Shown: positions 1 through 9,232, numbered from the stretch's first letter. The stretch: 41,038 bases of DNA from Candidatus Colwellbacteria bacterium (GCA_030700125.1 JAUYKE010000002.1:1-41038), one strand, 5' to 3'. The notes: generated by a model not told the origin, from the letters alone. Translations and numbers: made by a program.

Positions 1-1
1 C

Positions 2-2146
2 TCTCTCTTTTTCCCCTTCGTCACCGGAAGAGTCTATGTATTCCGTCTTTTGGTGGAAATTTCTCTTTTCTTCTGGCTCATACTCATAGCTCGGAAGCCA
101 GAGTTTCGCCCTCGATTTAAAAATCCGGTCATTTTAGGGACGCTCCTGTTTCTCTTAGGACTAGTCGTGACTGCATTTCTGGGGGTTGATCCAATGCATT
201 CTTTCTTCTCAAACATTGAGCGGAGCGATGGGATAGTTCAGTTCGGCCACTGGGTGTTATTTCTCTTAATGATTGCTTCGGTGATGCGCACTCCCAACGA
301 GTGGCGGGCGTTTCTATGGGTTTTTGCTGGAGTCGCCTTCGCGGTTGCCGTTTATGCTTGGGGATTGCACGAGGCGAGATTAGCCGGATTTTTTAATAAC
401 CCTTCTTACTTAGCTGCCCTTATGCTCTTCTCGATTGGGGTGGCCGGGATTCTCTGGGTTTATACCAAGAAAGAACAGCGGAAATTGGTTGGGTGGATTT
501 TAGGCCCTCTAATTCTCTTTTTTCTGGCGACGCTCATCTTTACCCAAACAAGAGGGGTTTATTTGGGGATTATCGCCGGTTTTCTCCTGTTCACTCTTTT
601 ATCGGCAATCTACTTGCGGCGGGAGAAACAGAAACTTGTCTTCGGAGCAGTAGGTGTCTTGCTTTTAATGTTTTTGAGCTTGGGGGGCGTCTTTGCTTTC
701 AAAGAATCACCTCTTGTTACCGGCAATGACATTTTGAATCGTGTTGCCGATGTATCGGACTTGGCTAACTTAGGGGCTGCCAGAGAACGCTATTTGGGCT
801 GGATAATTGCTTTGGAATCATTCAAAGACAAGCCGGTTTTCGGCTGGGGTCCGGAGAATTACGACGCGGCCTTTAACGCACACTACAACTATCAAGCGGC
901 TAAAGACGAATCTTGGTTTGACTCTTCCCACAACCAGTTAATGGATGTTTTAGCTGAAGGGGGGATGGTCGGATTTTCTTTATATCTTTTCTGGATTGGA
1001 GCAATCTTTTATGCGGCTAGAAAGCTACTGACGCGGGGCACGAGAGACAAGCTAGTCGGGGCGATTATCGCCGGAACCTTTTTAGGATTTTTGGTTCAGG
1101 GATGGTTTCTTTTTGATACTTTCCCGATGTATTTAGGGCTCTTCCCATTGCTCGGCTTCACTTATTTCAAATACGAACGGGCTAATGGAGAGGAGGCAAT
1201 GACAAATGCAGCTAGAGGAAAGGCAGGAAAGGTGTTGCCGGCGGCTTGGGTTTATGCACTTACCCTCGTTCTCGTCCTTATTACGCCGTACTTAATTTAT
1301 AAGAATGTCTGGCAACCGTATCGGGCCAACGCTCTTATTTTTCAGTATCAAAGTTATTTAAATGGCGGTCGTCTCAGCGAAGCGGCTGGATTCCTCGAGC
1401 GGGCCTCAAGGATCAACTCCCCTTACACTAATTTTGATGTCGGAAATCAGTCATCTTGGAGCTTGCTCTATGTTCTTGATAACCCGTTGCCCGAAGAGAA
1501 AAAAGCGGATGCTCTCGCCCTCTGGGAATTAGTGGCAGGCCAGGAAGAGAAATCATTAGATTATAGGCCGGTAGAGCCGCAGGTTTATTATGTGCTTGGC
1601 CGTCTCTACAGGCATGGCTACGGGCACTTCGGCAGCCCCGAATATTTGAAAAAAGCAGAGACTTTCCTAAGGCAAGGAACGGCAATAGCCCCCGATAGAG
1701 TTGAATACGTCAATGAGTTAGCCGACGTCTTGTTGACTCAAGGGAGGCGGGAAGAAGCAGAGAATTTGGTCAAAGAGCATGCGGCAAGAATTGGCCCACC
1801 TTACTCCTATAAGTTTGTCGGTAATCTTTACTTTGTTCTTGAAAATTATGAGTTGGCTCTGGCAGAGTTTAAGAAGGCGGAGGCGGCCGGACTTAACTTT
1901 TGGGCTAATGAGAGCGAGTACAGCCGCTATGTTTTTGCCGGTCAGCAGGCGGGAGACTTTGGGGCAGTATTGAGATTGAGCGAGGAGTATATTGCCAAGA
2001 GGAAACCGAATGCTGAGGTTTTTTTCAACCAGGCAGTAGCTTACTATTACTTGGGTAATAAAGACGAGGCGAGAAACGCATATCTGAAAGCAGTTGCTTT
2101 AAATAGGGAATATGAGAAGTATGCCCAGTTCTTTATCGGGCAATAA
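2..2146 (+). CDS. Wzy_C / O-antigen-ligase-family polytopic membrane protein with C-terminal TPR domain (5' partial)
   Basis: The frame is open from nt 2 (SLFFPFVTGRVYVFRLLVEI...), so the TTG at 50 in the ORF track is probably not the true start. Many hydrophobic helices. Wzy_C-like motifs FTQTRGVYLGIIAG and SSHNQLMDVLAEGG. The last ~250 aa read as TPR-like repeats (e.g. AVAYYYLGNKDEARNAYLKAVALN). Confidence 0.75.
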   Translation, partial: SLFFPFVTGRVYVFRLLVEISLFFWLILIARKPEFRPRFKNPVILGTLLFLLGLVVTAFLGVDPMHSFFSNIERSDGIVQFGHWVLFLLMIASVMRTPNEWRAFLWVFAGVAFAVAVYAWGLHEARLAGFFNNPSYLAALMLFSIGVAGILWVYTKKEQRKLVGWILGPLILFFLATLIFTQTRGVYLGIIAGFLLFTLLSAIYLRREKQKLVFGAVGVLLLMFLSLGGVFAFKESPLVTGNDILNRVADVSDLANLGAARERYLGWIIALESFKDKPVFGWGPENYDAAFNAHYNYQAAKDESWFDSSHNQLMDVLAEGGMVGFSLYLFWIGAIFYAARKLLTRGTRDKLVGAIIAGTFLGFLVQGWFLFDTFPMYLGLFPLLGFTYFKYERANGEEAMTNAARGKAGKVLPAAWVYALTLVLVLITPYLIYKNVWQPYRANALIFQYQSYLNGGRLSEAAGFLERASRINSPYTNFDVGNQSSWSLLYVLDNPLPEEKKADALALWELVAGQEEKSLDYRPVEPQVYYVLGRLYRHGYGHFGSPEYLKKAETFLRQGTAIAPDRVEYVNELADVLLTQGRREEAENLVKEHAARIGPPYSYKFVGNLYFVLENYELALAEFKKAEAAGLNFWANESEYSRYVFAGQQAGDFGAVLRLSEEYIAKRKPNAEVFFNQAVAYYYLGNKDEARNAYLKAVALNREYEKYAQFFIGQ

Positions 2147-3962
2147 GTCTATCGAGAAAGTTTCTTAGTTCTTCCTCTGGTGCAGTAAAAAGCTTTTCTT
2201 CCAGCTCGCTTAAGTGATTTATAATTTCGCTCAGTTGAAGATTATTTTCGGTGCGGCTAACATAGATTTTTTCCCACTTGGTGGCGCCGCTCTGTTTTTC
2301 TTCTTCGGTTAAGATATCTTCGAAGAGATTTTCTCCGGGACGAATACCGGTGATAGTAATTGGAATGTGAACATCGGGAGTGTAGCCGGAGAGGCGAATT
2401 AGCTCTCTGGCAAGATCAATAATCTTTACCGGCTTTCCCATATCAAGGATGAAGATTTCTCCTCCTTGGCCGATTGCTCCGGCTTCCATAACGAGCAGGG
2501 AGGCCTCGGGGGTCGTCATAAAGTAGCGGACCATATCCGGATGGGTAACGGTTACCGGGCCGCCGCGGCGGATTTGTTCTTGGAATAATGGAATTACGCT
2601 TCCCCTGGAGCCCAAGACGTTGCCGAAGCGGACGGCTACGAAATTGGTTTCTGTCTCGTTATTTAGAGATTTAACAACCATCTCGGCAATCCGCTTGGTC
2701 TTGCCCATGACGGAAACCGGTCGGACAGCTTTATCAGTAGAAACAAGAACAAATTTTTTGACGCCGTACTCGGCAGCCGCTCGGGCGGTATTCAAGGTGC
2801 CTAAAACATTAACCTTAATTGCTTCTTCCGGGTGGTTTTCCATTAAGGGGACATGTTTATAGGCGGCGGCATGGAAGATAATTTCCGGTTTATGCTTCCC
2901 GATTACGGCGGCGATCTTCACTCTATCGGTGACGCTTGCGATAACCGCTTTAAGATTAGCCCTCGGTCTTAGGCGTTTAAGTTCGTGTTCAAGATTGAAA
3001 ATACCGCTTTCATCAATATCAAGAATGATTAATTTTGAGGGGGAAAATTGAAGGATCTGGCGAGACAATTCGGAGCCGATGGAGCCGGCGGCCCCAGTTA
3101 CAAGCACCGTCCTGTTGCGAATAAATTCATTAATTTTTTCGGTCTCAATATTAGTCGACTCCCTGCCTAAAAGATCCTCAATACTGATTTCTTTTAGGTT
3201 GCGGAAGGAGAGCGTCTGGCCAAGAAGTTCCGAGAATTCCGGGATAATTTTGATATTGGCGACACCTGCCTCGCGAGCGATGTTTACTGCATTTTGAATA
3301 GCGTCGGTTTCGTGGCGTTCCAGAGCGATGATGACTTGCTTGATATCTTCAGCGTTAACGATCCCGGGAATATCTTTAATGTAGCCCCGAACCGGGAGGC
3401 CGTGGATTGAAATGCCTTGGTTTGCCGGCCTTTCATCGACTAATCCCACGATTCGATAATTGTCGTTAGTGCCGGCTTGAAGAGAGCGGATAAGATGCTC
3501 ACCGGGTTTGCCGGCGCCAACAATAAGGATTGGCTCGCCAGTGGAGGCAGTTTTTTCGGGAGTGATTTGAAACCAAATTCGCTTGGAGATTCTTAACCCG
3601 CCGATGAGAACAAAACTTAGAATATAGCTTAAGGGCACTATGGATCGGGGAAAACCGGAGAAAAGATTGAATGTCCCTTGGCCGATAAAAACAAGCAGGG
3701 CAAAAGTGACGGCGGTGTAGGTTAAAGCTCGAAAGAGGCGAGTGAGTTCAGTCAGGCTTACGAACGACCAGGTGAATGAATAAAGTCGTTCGGCTCGGAG
3801 GAAAACGAGGTTTAGAGCAACGAAGATCAATATGTAATAGAGCAACCGGTCATAGTATTCCGGCGGGACAGTGGCCTCGAAACGCAGGAGAAAAGCGGCG
3901 ATAAGGGCGAGGGCGGAGAGAATCGCGTCGGCGACGGTGAAAATTAGTATCTTTTTCCTCAT
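2133..3962 (-). CDS. Membrane-anchored NDP-sugar 4,6-dehydratase, CapD/PglF/WbpM family
   Basis: N-terminal TM helices, then two Rossmann-like regions (ILIVGAGKPG; VLVTGAAGSIGSEL) and the extended-SDR core (AAYKHVPLME, VLVSTDKAV, NVLGSRGSVIP). Length of 609 aa is typical of PglF/WbpM. Confidence 0.85.
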   Translation of the reverse strand: MRKKILIFTVADAILSALALIAAFLLRFEATVPPEYYDRLLYYILIFVALNLVFLRAERLYSFTWSFVSLTELTRLFRALTYTAVTFALLVFIGQGTFNLFSGFPRSIVPLSYILSFVLIGGLRISKRIWFQITPEKTASTGEPILIVGAGKPGEHLIRSLQAGTNDNYRIVGLVDERPANQGISIHGLPVRGYIKDIPGIVNAEDIKQVIIALERHETDAIQNAVNIAREAGVANIKIIPEFSELLGQTLSFRNLKEISIEDLLGRESTNIETEKINEFIRNRTVLVTGAAGSIGSELSRQILQFSPSKLIILDIDESGIFNLEHELKRLRPRANLKAVIASVTDRVKIAAVIGKHKPEIIFHAAAYKHVPLMENHPEEAIKVNVLGTLNTARAAAEYGVKKFVLVSTDKAVRPVSVMGKTKRIAEMVVKSLNNETETNFVAVRFGNVLGSRGSVIPLFQEQIRRGGPVTVTHPDMVRYFMTTPEASLLVMEAGAIGQGGEIFILDMGKPVKIIDLARELIRLSGYTPDVHIPITITGIRPGENLFEDILTEEEKQSGATKWEKIYVSRTENNLQLSEIINHLSELEEKLFTAPEEELRNFLDRLIAR

Positions 3963-5089
3963 TTGGTATAAAAATCTTTTACCGCCTGGATAACAAAGTT
4001 AACTTCCTCGTCGGTAAGCTCGGGATAAATCGGCAGGGAGATAACTTCTCGGCAAACTTTCTCGGTTACCGGGAGCGGATCTACGGGAAAAGATTTTTTA
4101 TAGAAATCGTAAGAATAAATTGGCTTCGGCCAGGAAATAATCGTTTCGACCCCTTGGCTTTCCAGATGTTGTTTTAGTTCATCGCGCTTGGTGGTTTGCA
4201 CGACATAGTTCCAATAGGCGTCGAGGTAGCGGCTGTCTTCAAAATGGGGGAGTTTCAAATCTTTAATACCGCTTAATTCTGCTTGATATTTTTTGGCAAT
4301 TTCTGCGCGACGGGTAACGGCTTCATCAAAATGAGCCAGCTTAACGTTTAGAATAGCGGCTTGGATATTATCTAAAACGGCATTGTAGCCGAACATCTTG
4401 GGAGTACGGGCTGGGTCTCGCATCACGCCGTGATAACGAAGAAGGAGAATTTTCTCATCTAACCCCCCATCGTTTGTAGTTAGAGCCCCTCCTTCGCCGA
4501 AGCACCCCAGGATCTTGGCGGGATAGTGGCTGAAGCAGCCGGTTGCACCAAAGCTGCCCGCGCCTTTTCCGTTGAACTTTGCTCCCAGGGCCTGGCAGGC
4601 ATCCTCGATGACGTGAATCCTTTGCCCCTTTTCTTCAAATCTTTTGATAATCTGACCGAGAGTATCCATATCGCACATCCGGCCATTAAGATGGACGGGG
4701 ATCACCACTTTTGTTTTCGGAGTGATGGCAGTTTCCAAGAGACTCATATCCATATTCCAGTCCTTGCCGATGTCAATTAAAACCGGCTTAGCGCCGACTA
4801 AAACAATGGCGGAAATAGTAGCCATGAAGGTATGCGCAACCGTTACTACCTCATCGCCGGGGCCAATGTTTAATGCCTTGAGTGAGAGATGAAGCGCGTC
4901 AAAACCGCTATTTAACCCTTTGGCAAACTTGGCGCCGGTTAACTCGGAGATGTTTTTTTCAAAATCAAGTACATCCTGGCGAATGATGAGTTCACCCCGG
5001 GAGAGGCGATCTTCAATAACCGCCATGAATTCATCTCTATGGGTTTGCCAGTGGCGGGGATAATTTACAAAACGAATTTTATAATCCAT
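3959..5089 (-). CDS. DegT/DnrJ/EryC1-family PLP sugar aminotransferase
   Basis: Fold-type I sugar aminotransferase motifs (GDEVVTVAHTF, HVIEDACQALGAKF, FSHYPAKILGCFGEGG with the PLP Lys). 4-nt overlap with the downstream dehydratase gene. Confidence 0.85.
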   Translation of the reverse strand: MDYKIRFVNYPRHWQTHRDEFMAVIEDRLSRGELIIRQDVLDFEKNISELTGAKFAKGLNSGFDALHLSLKALNIGPGDEVVTVAHTFMATISAIVLVGAKPVLIDIGKDWNMDMSLLETAITPKTKVVIPVHLNGRMCDMDTLGQIIKRFEEKGQRIHVIEDACQALGAKFNGKGAGSFGATGCFSHYPAKILGCFGEGGALTTNDGGLDEKILLLRYHGVMRDPARTPKMFGYNAVLDNIQAAILNVKLAHFDEAVTRRAEIAKKYQAELSGIKDLKLPHFEDSRYLDAYWNYVVQTTKRDELKQHLESQGVETIISWPKPIYSYDFYKKSFPVDPLPVTEKVCREVISLPIYPELTDEEVNFVIQAVKDFYTK

Positions 5090-5095
5090 GGCGAC

Positions 5096-5602
5096 TTATA
5101 AGCGGATATAAACGGGACCGGGTTCTTGGTATGATTTTATTATGATGTTTTTGGTTTCTTCTGGGGTTTCTGGAATATAAGTTTTCATTTCAGGCAATTT
5201 ACTTAAGAAATCTATTTCTTCGTCATCCCGGAGAAGATTATGGCTAAAGCCCAAAAAAGAATATTTCTCGCTTCCTTTAACACCTATAATTTTTACGTTC
5301 GCTTTATGCATGCAAATAGCATTTCTTATCATCTCGTGAACTCTAAAGGTAACAAAATTAATCATTGAATAGAGATAGGGTTTCTTGCCACTTAGAGACA
5401 GGGCAGCGGCGATAATAGCAGTGCTCGCTTCCGTTACTCCAAAGTTAAAATATCTATCTGGATATAATTTTTCAAACTTCTCCGCATAATTGAAACCGAC
5501 ATCCGGGATTATAAAGATTATATCCTTGTCTTCCTCCGCTAATTCGCAAAGGGCGTCAATAAATGCCCTACGGTTATCTAATTTTTGAATTATTTCAGCC
5601 AT
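5096..5602 (-). CDS. Transketolase-like subunit, pyrimidine-binding (Pyr) domain only
   Basis: Collinear with the transketolase middle domain (RRAFIDALCELAEEDKDIIFI, YPDRYFNFGVTEAS, GPVYIRL). The ORF ends exactly where the transketolase C-terminal domain would begin. Only 6 nt separate it from the next gene, so there is no room for a degraded remnant. Confidence 0.7.
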   Translation of the reverse strand: MAEIIQKLDNRRAFIDALCELAEEDKDIIFIIPDVGFNYAEKFEKLYPDRYFNFGVTEASTAIIAAALSLSGKKPYLYSMINFVTFRVHEMIRNAICMHKANVKIIGVKGSEKYSFLGFSHNLLRDDEEIDFLSKLPEMKTYIPETPEETKNIIIKSYQEPGPVYIRL

Positions 5603-6371
5603 TTAATTCAACTAGGGCCTTTTCATAGTCGTCCTGTTTAATATTGGCATAATGCCAAAGATTATTATTTTCCATAAAGGAAACGCCTTTTCCCTTAATC
5701 GTGTCGCATATTATCATATTTGGAGATGAGTTAGATGCACTTTGGAGGGCGGATTTAATTTTTTCAAAGTTATGGCCGTCTACCCTTTGGACTGCCCAAC
5801 CGAAGGATTTAACTCGTTCATCCAGCGGCTCTATGTCCAGAATATCTTTAGTTCTTCCCATCGCCTGCAATCGATTGTTGTCTATCCAAGCGATTAAATT
5901 AGAAAGATTGTATTGTTTAGCAATTAAAATTGATTCCCACGTGGTTCCTATTTGCATTTCTCCATCACTTAGGAGAACATGGATTTTCCCCTCCTCGTTG
6001 TTTAGTTTCTTGCCTAGGGCAAAACCTATCCCGGCAGGCAGGCCGTAGCCCATACTGCCCCCGGCAAATTCCAATCCGAATTTCCCCCTCGGCTCTATAA
6101 GACCTATATATTCCTCTTCACCTGGACGGCAATAACGCTCTAAATCTTCTTTTGGGATCACCCCCTTCTCGGCCAGAAAATAATAAATTGAGGCTGCCGC
6201 CCATCCTTTGCTCAGGATAAACTTATCCTTTTCTAAATCCATCTTTTCGAATAAGGCGCTTAAGATATCAATGCAACTAAAGTTGCTGCCGATATGACTG
6301 CCTTGCGCCCGGTAGATCATTTCCAGCACCTTTTTCCTTGCTTCAGTGGCTATTTTTTTGTGATCAGTCAT
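5595..6371 (-). CDS. Transketolase-like subunit, N-terminal ThDP-binding domain
   Basis: SHIGSNFSCIDILSALF (transketolase His motif) and LLSDGEMQIGTTWES (GDG-type ThDP/Mg motif, variant). 8-nt overlap with the Pyr-domain subunit gene. Confidence 0.8.
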   Translation of the reverse strand: MTDHKKIATEARKKVLEMIYRAQGSHIGSNFSCIDILSALFEKMDLEKDKFILSKGWAAASIYYFLAEKGVIPKEDLERYCRPGEEEYIGLIEPRGKFGLEFAGGSMGYGLPAGIGFALGKKLNNEEGKIHVLLSDGEMQIGTTWESILIAKQYNLSNLIAWIDNNRLQAMGRTKDILDIEPLDERVKSFGWAVQRVDGHNFEKIKSALQSASNSSPNMIICDTIKGKGVSFMENNNLWHYANIKQDDYEKALVELNG

Positions 6372-6403
6372 TCTGACATTTTATTATGGCGTTTTGATCT
6401 GGC

Positions 6404-7006
6404 TTAGTCAAAAAGGATGCTTTTTACTGTCAATAAAATGATTTTTATGTCCGTCCACACGGACATTTCTTTGACGTATTTCATCTGGAGGCGGACTTTT
6501 TCTGGACGGATTTCTTTTAGATATTTTCTTTCTGCCTCTTCGGTAGTTTTAGCTCCGGCAAGCACTGCTCCTTCATCAATATTCCAAAGGGAAGCGTAGT
6601 CAGTCATTCCTGGCTTCACGCTGTAAACTATTTTTTCTTCGCCGGTGTAGAGCTTAGCATATTCCATCACTTCCGGGCGGGGACCGACCAAGCTTATCTC
6701 GCCTTTAACGACATTAATTAGTTGTGGTAACTCATCAAGCTTGAAGCGGCGAAGAAACTTCCCGGACTTGGTAACTCGTGGATCATCTCCTGGAGTTGAA
6801 GGTCCACCGATTTGCTCGGCGTTTACCACCATTGAGCGAAACTTAAAAATCCGAAACGGCTTGAAATTCTTGCCTGCCCTTACCCCTCGATAAAAAACCG
6901 GTCCGGGCGAATCAAGTTTAATCCAAATAGCAAAAGCCAAAAGAATGGGCGAGAGAAGTAAGAATCCGAGAGAGGCAAAAACCAGGTCAAGTAAACTCTT
7001 TATCAT
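6404..7006 (-). CDS. Small monotopic phosphoglycosyl transferase (bacterial sugar transferase, PglC/WbaP C-terminal type)
   Basis: 200 aa with one N-terminal re-entrant helix. Motifs [36 protein letters not shown]. Confidence 0.85.
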   Translation of the reverse strand: MIKSLLDLVFASLGFLLLSPILLAFAIWIKLDSPGPVFYRGVRAGKNFKPFRIFKFRSMVVNAEQIGGPSTPGDDPRVTKSGKFLRRFKLDELPQLINVVKGEISLVGPRPEVMEYAKLYTGEEKIVYSVKPGMTDYASLWNIDEGAVLAGAKTTEEAERKYLKEIRPEKVRLQMKYVKEMSVWTDIKIILLTVKSILFD

Positions 7007-7095
7007 ACGAAAATGATTTTGACTTTTTCCTATAATTATTGCAAGTTGCTCTTGGCATAAGCCGATTTTTTTAGTTCTGTAACATCTATATATCG

Positions 7096-7418
7096 GAAGG
7101 GAGAAATTGCTATGCTAGAGTTGACGGAATTTCAGGCCGAGGTGGTGAAGGTTATGGAGAAACAGGGCGTAACGAACGTTCGTTACGCCGGTAAGGCGAG
7201 GAATCGGCGTTGCCGAGAGGACAATAGGCAACTTTACAAATTCCGAGGGGAAGATACGGGTGGATTCCCCGTCGTTGCCTATGCTTGCGGGTCTTGTAAG
7301 CAAGTAGAGATGTGGAATGTCGGGAGCTTCAAGGGGCGGCGCAGTTTTCCTTTGACGTAACTGATGTTCTTTGACCCCAGGGCGCGAAATCCTAGTCGCC
7401 CTGGGGTTTTGCGTTTTT
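7096..7418 (+). ncRNA. Unclassified structured RNA candidate with its own intrinsic terminator
   Basis: Found in the 385-nt gap in the minus-strand operon. Closing helix 7098-7110/7341-7353 (12 pairs including 4 G-U, 1 mismatch; the G-U pairs work only on the + strand). 8-bp helix 7125-7132/7238-7245. Hairpins at 7166-7189 (24-nt perfect palindrome), 7209-7232, 7247-7270 and 7282-7306. Terminator at 7375-7418. The region looks locally purine/GC-enriched. The family was not identified. Confidence 0.4.
7375..7418 (+). terminator. Rho-independent terminator, plus-strand specific
   Basis: 10-bp stem ccccagggcg/cgccctgggg, 12-nt loop, then ttttgcgttttt. The 3' arm and T-tract lie inside the last codons of the minus-strand methyltransferase gene. 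On the minus strand no T-run follows. Confidence 0.55.
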
Positions 7419-8195
7419 GGAGAATACAAAAACTGCTTTGAAGGCGTATTTTTTGAGGGAAGGAAAGATTTTAAAAAGAATTTTATCAATACCATTTGCT
7501 ATTCGGCATGCTGCTCGGCTACCTGGGAGGCGTTGAAGTGGGATAGTGAGAAGAGAAACGAAATGAAAGAAGTGGATCTGCTCGAGATCAAGATATTTTT
7601 TAGCCAATCCAAGATCCCCCATTTTCATAATGTGAGCGGCAGCCCAAAAGGTTCTCACCCCACGCTTTTTATTGAGCCAGCGCTTGAGGTTTGCCAGAGG
7701 GTGGTGGCCGAGAGTCTCAATGCCGATCAGCAATCCGCCTGGTTTCAAAATGTGGTGGATTTCTTGTAGTCCTTTTTCAAGCTCAATTGAGGAGAAGGTT
7801 CCGCCGTCAAAAACTATATCAAAAAAATTATCAGGAAATTCAAGCGCCTCCGCATCCATTTTAGTAAATCTTACATTGCTTACTTCATACTTCATTCTTC
7901 GTTCCTCAGCAATTTTTAAAGATTCTTCGGAGAGGTCAATACCAATAACTTCTTTAGCGCCCATTTTAGCGATTTGAATTGAGTGCATGCCGTGACCACA
8001 ACCATAATCAAGCACTTTTTTGCCGGGAACATATCGCTTGAGAAGTTTATAGAGAAACTGATAACTCGACATTCTCATAACATTTATTGCTTCAATGTCG
8101 AGGAGAGCTAGCTTCGGATGAACGGTCACTTTTGCCTGCCACCCTCGGGCCAACTTATCGTAATGGTTAATTTCCCGCTCCTTTCTTAAGTCCAT
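7392..8195 (-). CDS. Class I SAM-dependent methyltransferase
   Basis: Motif I VLDYGCGHGMHS, acidic loop IGIDLSE, post-I/II FDIVFDGG. Confidence 0.8.
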   Translation of the reverse strand: MDLRKEREINHYDKLARGWQAKVTVHPKLALLDIEAINVMRMSSYQFLYKLLKRYVPGKKVLDYGCGHGMHSIQIAKMGAKEVIGIDLSEESLKIAEERRMKYEVSNVRFTKMDAEALEFPDNFFDIVFDGGTFSSIELEKGLQEIHHILKPGGLLIGIETLGHHPLANLKRWLNKKRGVRTFWAAAHIMKMGDLGLAKKYLDLEQIHFFHFVSLLTIPLQRLPGSRAACRIANGIDKILFKIFPSLKKYAFKAVFVFSKNAKPQGD

Positions 8196-9197
8196 TTATT
8201 TGCCGGGGGTTAGCAATCTAAATGCTCCGATAATTGAGCCTAAACCGTAAGCGAAGTGCCTCGCGGCGAAGGCGAGGATTAAAAAGGGAAAGAGCAGGAG
8301 GTTTTTTTCGCGAGCGATGATTTTTAGGGAGAAGTAGAGGGCTGCGGTGAAATAGAGGGTGAGAATTACAACGGATATCCAGATTAGCGGCTTCCAAAAA
8401 ATTGAGCCGACAGCAGTAGCTAGAGTGGTGGAAACAAATACCAGCGGCGCGAGATGTCGGGGTTTAAAAATAGGGGAGCCGAATTTAAGAGGCAAAATTG
8501 CCCAGATGCCATCCAGGAAGTTTCTCCGCCAGAAAGAAATTATCGTTTTTTGTTTGGGATAGTAGGTGAGAGCAATATCCGGCGCTAAAAGAATCTTGCC
8601 TCCGGACTGCGTTAGGCGGAGATTGAAGTCAAAATCCTGGCTACGGATTAATCTTTCGTTAAAAAGGCCGACTTTGCGAAAGACCTCTTTGCGGTAGCAG
8701 ATGCCGTAAGCCGTGTCAGCCAATCGGGGTTTGTCGCCGCCTTGCCTGAAAGAACCACCGCCGCCCAAGGGGGAACCAAGCACTAAAATAATTGCTTTGG
8801 CGGCGAGAGTTTGAGCGGCGGGAACATTATAAGTCACGCCGCCTACGGCGGCAGTTTTATATTCTTCGAGATAGCGAACACACTTAGAAATATAATCCGT
8901 CGGATAAATTGTGTGAGCATCGCTTTTGGTGATGAAGTCGCCTTTGGCATTTTTGACTCCGATGTTTAAAGAAATGGGAGTAAAACCCTGAGGATTATCA
9001 AAGAGTTTAATGCGATTGTCTTTTTTCGCATAAAATTCGACTATTTCCCGCGAGTTGTCCGAGCTATTACTATTGACTGCTAGGATTTCAATCCTCTCTT
9101 TGGGGTAGTCCTGTTTGACTAAGGACTGAAGAGCGCGGGCAACAAATTCAGCTTCATTATGATACGGAATAATAATTGACACTAAAGGCGATTTCAT
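8196..9197 (-). CDS. Family 2 (GT-A) glycosyltransferase with C-terminal TM helices
   Basis: [13 protein letters not shown]..., SDNS, TKSDAHT (DxH/DxD-type), then 3-4 hydrophobic helices. Confidence 0.8.
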   Translation of the reverse strand: MKSPLVSIIIPYHNEAEFVARALQSLVKQDYPKERIEILAVNSNSSDNSREIVEFYAKKDNRIKLFDNPQGFTPISLNIGVKNAKGDFITKSDAHTIYPTDYISKCVRYLEEYKTAAVGGVTYNVPAAQTLAAKAIILVLGSPLGGGGSFRQGGDKPRLADTAYGICYRKEVFRKVGLFNERLIRSQDFDFNLRLTQSGGKILLAPDIALTYYPKQKTIISFWRRNFLDGIWAILPLKFGSPIFKPRHLAPLVFVSTTLATAVGSIFWKPLIWISVVILTLYFTAALYFSLKIIAREKNLLLFPFLILAFAARHFAYGLGSIIGAFRLLTPGK

Positions 9198-9232
9198 GTT
9201 TGAATGGAAGGCGTTATTCTTTCAACTTATCT

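Noticed and set aside
5096-5602. Transketolase C-terminal subunit as a pseudogene or truncated fragment
   Set aside because: The ORF ends cleanly at a domain boundary and keeps an 8-nt coupling overlap with its partner. It is followed after 6 nt by the next intact gene, so a deliberate two-domain architecture is more likely than decay.
7112-7360. 82-aa plus-strand ORF (MLELTEFQAEVV...) with a GGGAG 8 nt upstream, and the overlapping 126-aa minus-strand ORF 7115..7495
   Set aside because: Both strands are open here, which points to elevated GC rather than coding. The region folds into nested helices with G-U pairs, and no protein family was recognised. The SD-like GGGAG is part of the proposed closing helix. 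I kept the 82-aa ORF as the alternative hypothesis to the ncRNA call.
7096-7360. Attempted assignment of the structured region to RNase P RNA, tmRNA, SRP RNA, 6S RNA or the glmS ribozyme
   Set aside because: There is no GAGGAAAGUCC/ACAGAA..GGCUUA P4 pair, no tRNA-like GGUUCGA..CCA end, no AGCAGCC/GGAA SRP domain IV, and the architecture is not rod-like as in 6S. The glmS-like string CGAGGUGGUGAAGGUUAUGG is isolated, and no glmS gene follows. Only a covariance-model search can settle the class.
9176-9232. N-terminal extensions in the ORF track for gmd (TTG 9176), truB (35172), neuA (31738) and the glutaredoxin-like gene (37959)
   Set aside because: The extensions overlap neighbouring genes and add residues absent from the conserved family N-termini. 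Internal Met codons reproduce the canonical N-termini ([14 protein letters not shown]; MLLNLHKPAG; MSSTSKSKKKILALIPARGGSKG; MAKVKIYS).
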